DNA of 62,530 nt from Dicyema japonicum. Taxonomy: Eukaryota; Animalia; Dicyemida. Location of the stretch: the NCBI GenBank assembly GCA_011109175.1, contig RDEW01000031.1:315970-378499 (forward strand). Reading direction: 5' to 3'. The stretch's first letter is position 1, and the number at the start of each line of letters is the position of its first letter. The notes under the pieces were generated by a model. That model searched no databases, was not told where the DNA came from, and saw nothing but the letters and a program-made list of their open reading frames with translations. The position numbers were made by a program, and so were the translations under genes. Shown piece after piece: positions 50,181-61,092 of the stretch.

Positions 50181-50399
50181 TTGTTCATTGTTCCATAAAA
50201 CCAACAAACCAAACAGAAGCTATTTAATTTTTACAAGATTTTAAAATTCTACCAAAAAAAAGTTATACATTTAAAAACACGTTATGTATCCATGGTAACC
50301 GTCCATTATGAAATTATCACAAAAGAGAGTTCCGATCTAGTTTTCTTTGAGAGCAGGTATTTAAATCGCGGATGTTAGAGGGAAGTAGATTAAAAATTG

Positions 50400-50900
50400 A
50401 GGATCAGGTGTGTTGTCGAGTTGAGGATAAGATTTTCATGATGAGAACCAAAATCCAGAACTGTGAAAGAGAAGACATTAGAGTAGCTCTTACTAAGAAG
50501 AATCTCAAATATAGAGCATTTTTGTTGAAGTATTGACGTCCTTCTTTNTGTGTTGTCGAGTTGAGGATGAGATGTTCATGATGAGAACCAAAATCCAGAA
50601 CTGTGAAAGAGAGGACATTAGAGTAGCTCTTACTAAGAAGAATCTCAAATATAGAGCATTTTTGTTGAAGTGTTGACGTCCTTCTTTGAAAATGTCTTCG
50701 CTCTTGATTGTCTAATAACTATTGTCCTTCGGTACTTTCAAGTTCATGGACGTGATTTATCAATTTGAGGTCACTCTTTGCAGTCTTATCGCACATTCTA
50801 TTACGCAATTGGAGGTCAGACAATTATTACACAATTAATCTGCAATGATTGTCGATATTTTTGGATTTACAGTCAAGATTTTTATTACTCGTGTATGGGC
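50400..50900 (-). mobile_element. APE relic carrying a 139-bp duplication around an N
   Basis: ILLSKS..VLDFGSHHEHLILN (SDH-like) and IIAD; 50409-50547 is repeated at 50549-50687 with N at 50548. Confidence 0.5.
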
Positions 50901-51170
50901 TGTCTCGGATCTTATTGCAGTCATGCAACTTAAGTTCGGAATGAAACACAATTTTGTCAGCCATCATCAATGTCTATGCTCCGACCGCTGCCCAGGTAGA
51001 TGCAGCGTCTGAAGAGCTAGCGTGTTCAATTCATGTTTGACTAAGACATATGACTCACTTTCGTCATCATTTCTTACGTTTATTGGTGGAGATTGGAATT
51101 TCAGAGTTGGTAGAGGGTGGAATGAGGAGACTTTTATTGGATCGCATGCTCGGTGTATCACTATTCCTCA
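50900..51170 (+). mobile_element. RTE-type APE fragment
   Basis: RIAVMQLK..NVYAPT..IGGDWNFRVG..IGSHAR. Confidence 0.6.
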
Positions 51171-51179
51171 TCTAACAAC

Positions 51180-51945
51180 CAAATATTTCACAATACTGAC
51201 TTCTGAAAACCGTTTTTCTTGACAGAAATAATGACAAGAGGCCGGATGGCGTAACTACCATACCATAAAGCCAAGGGAGGTGTCTTGTTTGAGATTCAAC
51301 ATGCAAGGACACTTTGTCTGAATTTTCGAAAATGAAAAAGTACCACGGTATTGGTTGATACGTCTCGCCTTATTGGCTCGAGCACGTCTGAGTTCATCAC
51401 GTTAATCGGATGGCTGGATAATAGAATTTACCATTAATACAATTCAAGGTAAACCACATGATNTATTTCACAATACTGACTTCTGGAAACCGTCTTTCTT
51501 GACAGAGGTGATGACAAGAGGCCGGATGGCGTAACTACCATACCATAAAGCCAAGGGAGGTGTCTTGTTTGGGATTCAACACGCAAGGACACTTTATCTA
51601 ATGCGAATTTGCTCAAGTCATCGATGCACACGAATACCGCAGCGAACATTGCTGAATTTTTGAAAATGAGAAAGTACCACGGTATTGGTTGATACGTCTC
51701 GCCTTATTGGCTCGAGCACGTCTGAGTTCATCAAGTTAATCGGATGGCTGGATAATAGAAATTACCATTAATACAATTCAAGGTAAACCACACTGCTGAA
51801 TTTTCGAAAATGAGAAAGTACCACGGTATTGGTTGATACGTCTCGCCTTATTGGCTCGAGCACGTCTGAGTTCATCACGTTAATCGGATGGCTGGATAAT
51901 AGAAATTACCATTAATACAATTCAAGGTAAACCACATTATTAAGA
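51180..51945 (+). mobile_element. CRE-like RLE fragment of another subfamily, with tandem duplications
   Basis: LE.VFLDRGDDKRPDGVTTIP*SQGRCLVWDST..AEFLKMRKY; the RPDG block occurs twice and a ~140-bp unit three times; N at 51463. Confidence 0.75.
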
Positions 51946-52139
51946 TCATTGAAATATTTATTTATGGAATTACTTTAAATTAATTTTTATAAAAAACAAT
52001 AATAAATTGGAGTCATGGTAGTGCAACATTTATTGTATTGATAATCTCTCTTTGTACTATGAGAGAAATCTTGGACAAATATTAGGAAGTTAGAGGAAAT
52101 GCAAAAGAGGCCTTTCAGAATAACGGAGAGTTAGATTTG

Positions 52140-52350
52140 GGGAGAACACTGAACCGGACAAAAGTCTTTGGAGGACATTATTAGACTAGACTCCAGAATG
52201 CTGGAATACGCCCATAAATTCAGTCAACAGTACTGTACGATCATGCGTGGGCACGAAGGAGGAGCATCGGGAAAAGATGAGGTCACTGATGGAACGCATC
52301 GGGATCACGTGATAGTCAGTTTGGGTTTACCATGGTCAGGGGTGTTAAAA
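52140..52350 (+). mobile_element. 3' end of the 12375-type LINE family
   Basis: VRSCVGTKEEHREKMRSLMERIGIT*; UTR shared with 40120-40190. Confidence 0.72.
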
Positions 52351-52379
52351 AATACGCAGATTCTCTGAGGTCCCCTGTG

Positions 52380-52800
52380 ATTGATGACATAAGATTCCCG
52401 AGTCTATTGAAGAGAGCATTGGACGAATGTCTATGGGCTTTGTTTTGTCGACACAGACTATTAATTATATCAGTGCTGCATGGATTGTCCCGTTATCATC
52501 ATCGGCATTGGAAGTTTTACAAAATCTATGTCTCAGATTACTATTGAGATCGTTGAAAGAGACGTCCACCTCGTTACTACGGAGAACACTAAACGTCCTT
52601 TCAATCTTGGAATATCTTACGGAACGTCATTGGGACTTCCTCAAAATGACAAAATCCCCTGACCATCCCCCCGGACCGCACATCAGACTATATATGGACG
52701 CCACCTGAGATATAAGAAAAAACCTTCCCCGCTGTGGAGATTAATCCAGGACTCCAAAACTAACCGCTGGAAAGGGACTGGTATGAACACCGGGCTCACT
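52380..52800 (+). mobile_element. LINE post-RT C-terminal fragment
   Basis: INYISAAW..LEVLQNLCLRLLL..STSLLRR.LN.LSI. Confidence 0.55.
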
Positions 52801-53859
52801 TAATTAGAGGATAGCTTTTATCCTCTTTCTTGTGATTTCGGGATTAATAAAATAAATGAATTTTATCGGTTCTCACAATCTTAGAAGAAAAGAGATTTAA
52901 AATATAAACAAGTATTTTTAAATTAAAATAAACTCAAAGGTTTTTTGGATTATTAAAGTGTCAATTACAAGCGACGTGTGAGAGTATGGAGGGTCTGTTA
53001 AATTTCTTGATTGTATTATTTAAAATTTCTTGATTGGAGACGATGTAAATCGTAAAAACATGCAAATATTTAATTATGCTTAAAGAAAATTTCATTAAAC
53101 ACAGAAAAATATAATGTCGACACAGAATACGAAAAATATAATTCTCAAGTAACTAATGTCAACACTAAAGAGCTAATATTAATGAATGAGAGCCATAAAT
53201 CTCAGAAAAGTGGATTATCTAATCTTTTTGCTGACTGATTTATTCGGTCAAGATTCTGATCAAAGAATATACAAAGACGACCAATAAGGTCGCTAATTAA
53301 GTGATGAGATATATAAGAAACTCCGACTCTCTCTGTTTCCTTGAATGACAATATGACAATATCCCAATAAGAGTGTCTGTGTTTATGATTATGAAGTGTA
53401 AACAAAGAAAATATTTATGAATTTGCCTTGTAATTATGTTTTCAGGTTATGTCCAATTTTTTGTATTCCAGTGAAACTTTTATTAATGAATGGACTGAGT
53501 AACACTTTTATATTAATTATTATTCAATCATTTAGTAATATTGTCCAACATTAGTGTAACCATCGATTTGCATTCTTCTGGGAGACACCAGTAGTCGGTA
53601 TTTAAAAATGATCTTTGTTCCTTATCGTAAAAGTTCTAGCATGACAAAACATGCAACAGAAAACTATTAAACAGGTTCTACATCTTCCTCTCGTATACGA
53701 TAGTACTCGGCGTTCTGGAGTACCCTAATAATTAGTGTCCGTTTTGGTGGGTTCTTTTCTAAGTTTAGTAGACAAAATGAGTTTTATCAACTCAATTTGA
53801 AAATTTTCAGTCTGCGAAAATATTAGGACTCCCATAAATACAAAATGTAAATGATACTA

Positions 53860-54500
53860 AGTTCCCACCTGTGGCACGCACAACTGTCTTTTCCGTTATG
53901 TTCCTGTGACATCCACGGTTCTAGGCCGAGCGACCTCTCCATAAATCCACTTTAAGCAGTGTACATAGGTTGTTCAGACGTGCGATAATTTTACTTAGCT
54001 CCAGAGAAAACTGTCTCGAGGACTCCTGCCTTGCTCTGTTAATGTTACCGTGTAGCACTACGCTCCACCGACCCATTTTGAGTATGTAAAATATTGGTCC
54101 TCATCATCTCTTTTGTATACTTGACCGTTTCCCGAGATACCGTCTCGGAAACTTCTGACTTGCTCTGCATAAGTTTCCATGTAGCGCTCCGCTCCACCGG
54201 CCCATCCAGAATATGTGAAATATTGGTTAACTTCATCTCTTGTGTTGGCTTAATCGCTTCCTTTATAGACACTGTCTGTATGGGAATCATTTTCTTGGAT
54301 GCCTTTTCATAGCAGGACATCCTCTGTAACGGGCATTATGTCCTGGTCCTCCACAATTAATACAATTTGTCTCCACGTTTGGAGAAAATTCACACATAAC
54401 AAGGTCGTGTTCTCCTCAACACTTGAGGCATTTCTTCTCCTTGCAATGTGCGTGATATGACAATTTGTTCGCAATTGTAGTAGATAGGAAGGGGCCTCTT
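53860..54500 (-). mobile_element. LINE ORF1 zinc-knuckle fragment (29800 family)
   Basis: CLKC*GEH..C..CINCGGPGH..Y.GCP; highly similar to 60573-60900. Confidence 0.8.
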
Positions 54501-54649
54501 CATCCACTCACAAAAGATCTTGTTCGATCCAATGTAGAAGCCAAAACGTATCAGCGATGTGGCCTCCGCATTATGGAGGACTAGAAGAGCTACAGGTCTT
54601 CATTGTTGTGGTTTTAACTACAGCTCTTTTAGATCCTTTTGTGTTAACC

Positions 54650-54925
54650 TTACGAGAAAAGAAAAAGCGATCCCAAAATTATCAAGGATTTTGAAATCAG
54701 TCCACATTGATTTGGAAATGTCAAAGAACGCTATGATGGCTATGGAAAGCTTTACTTTTAACATTTACAAAAAGATAAAAAACGAAGCTTTTTATAGTTC
54801 AGCATAATGGCAAAGCTACTATTGCATCGAGAGAAATTCAAACAGCAGTACGCTTGATTTTGCTTAGAGAATTGGCAAAGCATGTTATTACGGAAGGGGG
54901 AAATGCCGTCAACAAGTATACTTGT
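54650..54925 (+). pseudogene. H2B: Divergent histone H2B pseudogene
   Basis: RILKSVH.D.EMSK.AM..M.SF..I..KI.NEA (fs) ..[33 protein letters not shown]; frameshifts near 54680 and 54790. Confidence 0.87.
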
Positions 54926-54943
54926 ATTCTAACCATTTTTTCC

Positions 54944-55140
54944 TTACTTAAGAATAGCCCACATAAGCCTAATCATAATATTAACAAAAGAACATTTTTT
55001 ATTATTTTTAAAGCAGTTTAAAAAGTCCGTTTTAGTGTGTTTTCCAATTTTCATTTTAATATCGATTTGTGCATAGTAAACAACTAATGTGTCGTCAACA
55101 TATAATTCCACTATTTTCGGAAAATCAATCAGCCTCATTT
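54944..55140 (-). mobile_element. Possible Penelope-like RT fragment
   Basis: LYVDDTLVV followed by IKM.I......FL. Confidence 0.35.
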
Positions 55141-55199
55141 GCTCTATTTCAAGATTTCAGCCTCCTAATTTGGATCGAAGACCGAGGGCAGGGCTGAAT

Positions 55200-56812
55200 C
55201 CGTCACACAGCCAGCTGTCCAACAGGCTGTGCATGCCCTCAACGATGGCGGAGCAGATGATCATCTCCCGAGGATTAAAGGCTGGACTACAGTAGTGAGA
55301 AAAAAGAAGTCTGCGGTTTCTGTCAAACGGTTTTTGGCTCGAGGTGCCGAAGGTGGGAGTAGTGAAACTCCTATGTGGAATAGGTACTCTGGCTACCTAT
55401 GCCTAAGGAAAGATCGTCAGACGTGGAGAATCCGACTTGCTGGTGGGATTCAGAAACGAGGTGGACGTCTCAGCTTTTGAAGCAGAGGTAAATAAGATGG
55501 TACCTTTTGGGGCCGGGACACATAACATGTGTCGAATCATCCCCAAGAAACAAACTCGATTGTACTAGTCTTCGAGGTACCTCTGGACTTCGTCGATGAG
55601 GATGTACTCGAGTTCATCAAGAAGGACTACCCAACGGCGCACAAGATCGAGCGCTTCAAAAGTGGGTTGTTAGGCTACGAACTCTCAANAAGATCGAGCG
55701 CTTCAAGAGTGGGGTTGTTAGGCTACGAACTCTCAAAGTCTGGATCAGATCCGGAACAGAAAGGATCTGCCTGGAGAAGTTAAAAATAGGTTACATTAGG
55801 TTCGGTAACCCCGAGAGCGACCGGTAGCAACCCAGTGCTACAGATGCCAAGGATTCGGCCACACCAGCTCCCGATGCACTTATAGAAGTGCCTAAATTGC
55901 GGGGGTCCACATTCGCGGAAGGCCTGTCAATCCAGAGTCAGTTCTCTAAAGTGCGTGAACTGAGGCGTGGAAAAAACTATTGCAATGCCTCTGTGGTTAC
56001 GCTCCAGACGGCGCTTAGGGATATTGCGTTATCTTGTAGGTTAGATAATGCGTCGAAACAATGCCCAACAATTCAAAAACTATATAAAAACAACTTTTTG
56101 AATACAAAAATATATATAAAAAAACAACTTCTTTAATCAAAAATATATATAAAAAAACAACTTCTTGAATACAAAAATATATATAAAAAACAACTTTTTG
56201 AATACAAAAATATATATATAAAACAAAACAACTTCTTCATGAATACAAAAAAATAAAAAATTCTTGAATACAAAAATATATAAAATAACAACTTCTTCAT
56301 GAATACAAAAAAATAAAAAATTCTTGAATATAAAAACTATCCAAAAACAATGGCAAGAGAAAAATAATATATATATAAAAAACAACTCCATGAATATAAA
56401 AANACAAAAAATATAAAAACTTCTTGAATACAAAAACTATACAAAAAATATAAAAAATTCTTGAATACAAAAACTACATAATAACAACTTCTTGAATACA
56501 AAAAAAATAAAAAATTCTTTAATTCAAAAAATATACAAAAAAAATAAAAAATTCTTGAATACAAAAAATACATAAAAACAACTTCTTGAATACAAAAAAT
56601 ATATAAAAAAAACTTCTTGAATACAAAAAAAATAAAAACTTCTTTAATTCAAAAAATATATATAAAAAACAACTTCTTGAATATAAAAATATATGATGTT
56701 GAGCATCATTTCGGTAAACGTCAGACCCCTCCGGAGGAGGGAGGCCATTGAAGACCTTCTGGAGGTGGACATCTTGGTCCTCAACGAGACCAAGTGCGGG
56801 CTTCTTTAATAA
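55200..56812 (+). mobile_element. 5' half of an I/Jockey-like LINE (ORF1 plus start of APE), interrupted by a minisatellite
   Basis: QCYRCQGFGH..RC, CLNCGGPH..C and KCVN at 55830-55975; MLSIISVNVR..VDILVLNETK at 56692-56800. Confidence 0.75.
56050..56692. repeat. AT-rich minisatellite, about 30-35 bp unit
   Basis: Many copies of (aac)aacttcttgaatacaaaaa separated by A/T-only linkers; N at 56403. Confidence 0.95.
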
Positions 56813-57269
56813 TGAAAATATAAAAAATAACGGTGATATCTCAATTAGATTATCCAAAGTGTTGGTTGTTTTCTTGTAAAATAATTATAAATCATCTGTT
56901 CATTAAAAATATTATAAATATTATGACTTTTATTTCAAGACTTCATTATTATACTACAATGTGATACGACAAATCAAATAGTGAAGAACAATTCATATTT
57001 TTGAGTTACCTAAATATATAGATATTAGACATTTTGATAACCGCCTTCAACACTATATGATTAATCCAATAATATATTAATAGAATATTAAAAAAATACA
57101 ATACAGTAAGAATTGGGATAGAACAAATAACACACGAGAACCACTACAACCACAACAACGTGGGAACTTATCGCTAAATGCATTAAAAGGTTCGCCATAT
57201 TGTAAACCAATTTTTAAAAATAAATAAATATTAAATTAATCTTGATAAGTCAAAATTTGACGTTAATTA

Positions 57270-57325
57270 TTTGGTACACCGAGAAAAGATGCGAATAGTG
57301 TTGAAGGAGGCCGGGATCACTTGAA
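57270..57325 (+). mobile_element. Short 3' tip of the 12375-type LINE family
   Basis: HREKMRIVLKEAGIT*. Confidence 0.6.
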
Positions 57326-57416
57326 TTTTGTTTATTTTGGATATGACAATAGTTTTCTGGTTCAATAATAATAATTATTAAATTTCATTATAATTTATGG
57401 AGCGTTTCTTCGTTGT

Positions 57417-58230
57417 AGTGGTGACGTCCCTCTTTTGCACTATGTCTTATCCACACCTCGGAGAAGTCTGCTAATGACATTCAACGTGAGAGGAATTGCG
57501 ACCTCACTGCAAAAGGCAACAACTGACGTATAACCTTAGTCGTTATGAAGATTCTATAGCCTCCCTTCAGGAAACAAAAGTAAAAAGGACACTTGATGAA
57601 GTCGTGAGATTATACATAATTATACTGTCAGAACCAGAATGTAGACATTATGGACATGGATTTGCTATTCATCGATTTTATGACAATTCAATTCACAGAT
57701 AGTGGAGAGTAAGTCAAAGGGTCTCTGTCATTCAGCAGATGTTGGGCATAAATCTGAATACCATTATCAACGCATATTTCCCGACTATGGGCTTAGCAAT
57801 GAAATGTCCAGATGAAGTTGAAAACTTCTACACAGAACCCGCGATGGGCATGAACGATATTCGTGCTTCCCCATAGTTTTTCTTGTTGGTGATTGGAACG
57901 CAAAAGTTGGAACACATAGTACGGACTAAAACTTCATTGGGACCCATAGTAGAGGGAAGAGAAATTCTAGTGGTATTGTAATCGCAGGATACTGCTGTGC
58001 ATTTACCTCTTTTGTGCAACAAGTTTTTCAAACACCACGCAAGGCACATGACGACATGGGTTGAACAGAGAAACATTCGGAATGGTGAGATAGTTCAAAT
58101 TAACATTCAAATTGATTATATACTGTGTAAGCGTGAATTCAAGTGCATGCTTATGGACTCACGAGCTTATGAAGGCACTATTATACTGAGTGACCATAAA
58201 GCGTCATCTCTCGCTTTATACTAGGAAAAT
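57417..58230 (+). mobile_element. RTE 5' end and APE relic
   Basis: ggtgacgt 5' motif; TFNVRG, SLQETK, RHYGHGFAI, NAY.PT, QIDYILC, SDH. Confidence 0.78.
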
Positions 58231-58249
58231 GTCATTAGTGATCGAGAGA

Positions 58250-58795
58250 CAACATAACGCACTTGAGAAACCTGACTCTGAATTGACAGGCCTTCCGCGA
58301 ATATGTGGGCCCCCGCAATTTAGGCACTTCTCTTTATAATTACATCGGGGGCTGTTGTAGCCAAATCCTTGTTATCTGTAGCACTGGATTGGTACCGGTC
58401 GCTCTCGGCCCACACCGAACCTAAAGTAACCAATTCGCACTTTCTTTAGGCAGAGCCTCTCTGCCTCTGCTTTTGATCGAAGTTAGACCTTCACTCTCCG
58501 GAGCCTCACATTCCCACTCTTGAAGCGCTTGATCTTGTGCGCCGTGGGGTAGTTCTTCCTGATGTCTCGAGTTCATCCTCATCAACAAAGTCCAGAGGGA
58601 TCCCGAAGACTAATACTATTGAGTCTGTGTCCTTGGGGATGACCCGAGACATGCTATGTGCCCCGGGCCCAAAAATAACTTATCATTAACTTCAGCTTCA
58701 AAAGCTGAGGCGTCCACCTCGTTCCTGAATTCCACCAACAAGTGGGATTTTCCTCGTTTGACGATCCTTCCTTTGGCATAGGTAGCCAGAGTATG
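58250..58795 (-). mobile_element. LINE ORF1 fragment, inverted homologue of 55400-55970
   Basis: Reverse complement aligns with 55400-55970 (gagagcgaccggta..cagtgctacagat..cgcggaaggcctgtcaat). Confidence 0.78.
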
Positions 58796-58800
58796 AAAAA

Positions 58801-60900
58801 AATGAAAATGAAATGAATGAAAATGAATTAAAACAACAAGTTATGGAATAGGTAACTATCAATCCGCCGGTTGGCCTGGACTGTTAATCCGGGTACCACT
58901 TTTCCTTGATATCCAACAATTACTTGTATATTAGTTAAGCATCCTGATTTGAATATCTTCCATTACTGGCTTGACAAGTTTGTTCTTTTTCTCAGTTTCT
59001 TCCCAAGGGATAGTTTGATTGGCGCTTGCCTTGTTCGCCTTGTTTTCTCTACTCGGGCGAGAATCTTCTCTCGAGGGGGTGTAGAACCATCCCTCGCTTC
59101 CATAATTAAGTCTGGGAAAAACCACATTCCGAAAGACAAAGAGCATGGAATCAACATCCAACTTTAGTCTTCTAGTGCAGAACAGTGCTTGCAAAGCCTT
59201 CTTTCTTCGCCTTTCGATGTCCTTCAGGTATGATCGTCTCCCATCTACTGCAATCCCCAGGTATTTCATGGATGAAACTCTCGGTATACGAAGAGTGTAG
59301 GGCTCTTCCTGATGCCTGCCCAGCCTGTATATCCTCAAGTAACTGGATTTTTCCATGGAGAGTTTCAAGTCTCTTCGATCTCACCAACCTTGGACTTCGT
59401 AAATAAACGCTCCTAGTCGCCGCTCTGAGAGGTATGCCTTCATAGACGAATCCAGGATTAAGATGTCGTCCGCGTATATCATCGACTTGGTCCTAACGTC
59501 TTGCTGTGACGGAAAATCTTCCATAAATATGTTGAATAACAAGGATAGATCCCTGTGGCACTTCCCTTATAAACGATATTCCATCCGGAAATCGTCCACC
59601 GACTACCACGTGAGATATTCTCCCAGTTAAATAGTCCTTCAGCTATAGGAACGTTTCTTTAGATATCTTAGATCGTACGAGTTGACAGAAGAAGGCATTG
59701 TACCATTACTGTCGAACGCCTTTGAGATGTCAAGGCAAATGAGGCTCAACTGGCTTTTTTTTTCAAAAGTACTTATAATTTCGTAGTTTAGTGAGTGAAT
59801 ACAATTTCTACACGATCTTCCCTGAGGAAACCACATTAGTAAGGTCATAAAAAGTTACACTCTTTTATATACCGATTCAATCTCTTGAATACAATCCGTT
59901 CTATAATCTTTGATGTAGAACATATAAGACTTATTGGCATATAACTAGTAGGATCCTTCTTCGACTTTCCAGGTTTGAGGATCATCTTCACAATAGAACG
60001 CTTCCATAACGGAAATCAACACATCGTCTGTGCTTCGCTTTCAGAGTATTTCTCTCGCGAATAAGATTCCGTATTGAATGTGGGCAAAACTGATTGTTTT
60101 TCAGATAGCTCTTGGAGTAGACCTTACTTCCATATAGTCGTAGATACATCAGCATAGTGTTGGATAGTTCCCAGTTAAAAACGTCCAGCTCATTAGGTGT
60201 AGAAAAGGAATTGGTCTTCATTGGTAAGGTCTTCGACAAATAATGATGATAATGTACCTAGTCTATCGACGAGGCATCAAAGTATAAGAAAATATCTTCA
60301 GCAATGTTAGGCTCCTGGATTATAGTTACTTCTTGAGGGATATGATCACTCTCTATGTCACCGAGTCACATCCTTCCATATTATCATTCCTTCCATGTTT
60401 GATTTTTGTTTCTTTAACTACCAAGACATCCACCTTGGCATCCCTCACAAGTAGCGCTAGTTCATCATGCTATTTCATCAAGGAACGGGCATTCACCAGC
60501 ACTACATTCAAATTCCTTTTCATAGTTTTTGTTGGTGGCCTGCGTTCTCCACAGCTAGGTCCACCAGACTCAATAAATCCACTTTAAGCAGTGTACATAG
60601 GTTGTTCAGACGTGCGATAGCTTCACTTTGCTACCAAGAAACCTGTCTCGGGGACTCCTGCTTTGCTTTATTCATGTTACCGTGTAGCACTACGCTCCAC
60701 CGGCCCATCCAGAATATGTGAAATATTGGTCCTCATCATCTCTTGTGTTTTCTTGATCGCTTCCTTTCTAGACACTGTCTGAATGAGAATCATTTTCTTG
60801 GATGCTTTTTCATAGTAGGACATCCTCTGTAACGGGCATTATGTCCTGGTCCTCCACAATTAATACAATTTGTTTCTATGTTTGGAAAAAATTAACACAC
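58801..60900 (-). mobile_element. I/Jockey-like LINE (29800 family) with internal deletions and a (TTTCA)n tail
   Basis: ORF1 3' part 60573-60900; MKRNL.VVLVNARSL joined to SDHIPQE (most of APE deleted); DISKAFD, YADD, MKYLGI, KKALQAL. Confidence 0.87.
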
Positions 60901-61032
60901 AAGGTCGTCAATAAATGCGTGTATTTACTCACAATATTCTTAGGGGAATCTAACCAACAGAGCATTGTTAGCGACATGACATTTAAGGTTACCTAGGCTC
61001 CAAGGTTACTTTATGTTTTTAATCCTATAAAT

Positions 61033-61092
61033 CAGTAGTCCCCAACCGGTGGGACGCGGACCAGTGTCGGTATGTAGACCAATTGGTACGGG
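61033..61092 (+). mobile_element. hAT (Charlie/MER1-like) left terminus
   Basis: cagtagtccccaaccggtgggacgcggaccagtgtcggt resembles, from memory, the CAGGGGTCCCCAACC..GGGCCGCGGACCGGTACCGGT terminus; the preceding 8 bp ctataaat have a central TA. No right end found. Confidence 0.55.

Noticed and set aside
50409-50687. 139-bp tandem duplication as a biological repeat
   Set aside because: A single N lies exactly between the copies, typical of unmerged overlapping contig ends; same pattern at 55641-55737 (N 55689).
51180-51945. CRISPR-like or functional array of ~140-bp units
   Set aside because: Units translate as CRE RLE sequence, there are no unique spacers, and an N at 51463 suggests at least part is assembly artefact.
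56050-56692. CRISPR array (constant ~19-mer with variable linkers)
   Set aside because: Linkers are low-complexity A/T variants of each other, the context is eukaryotic, and there are no cas genes.
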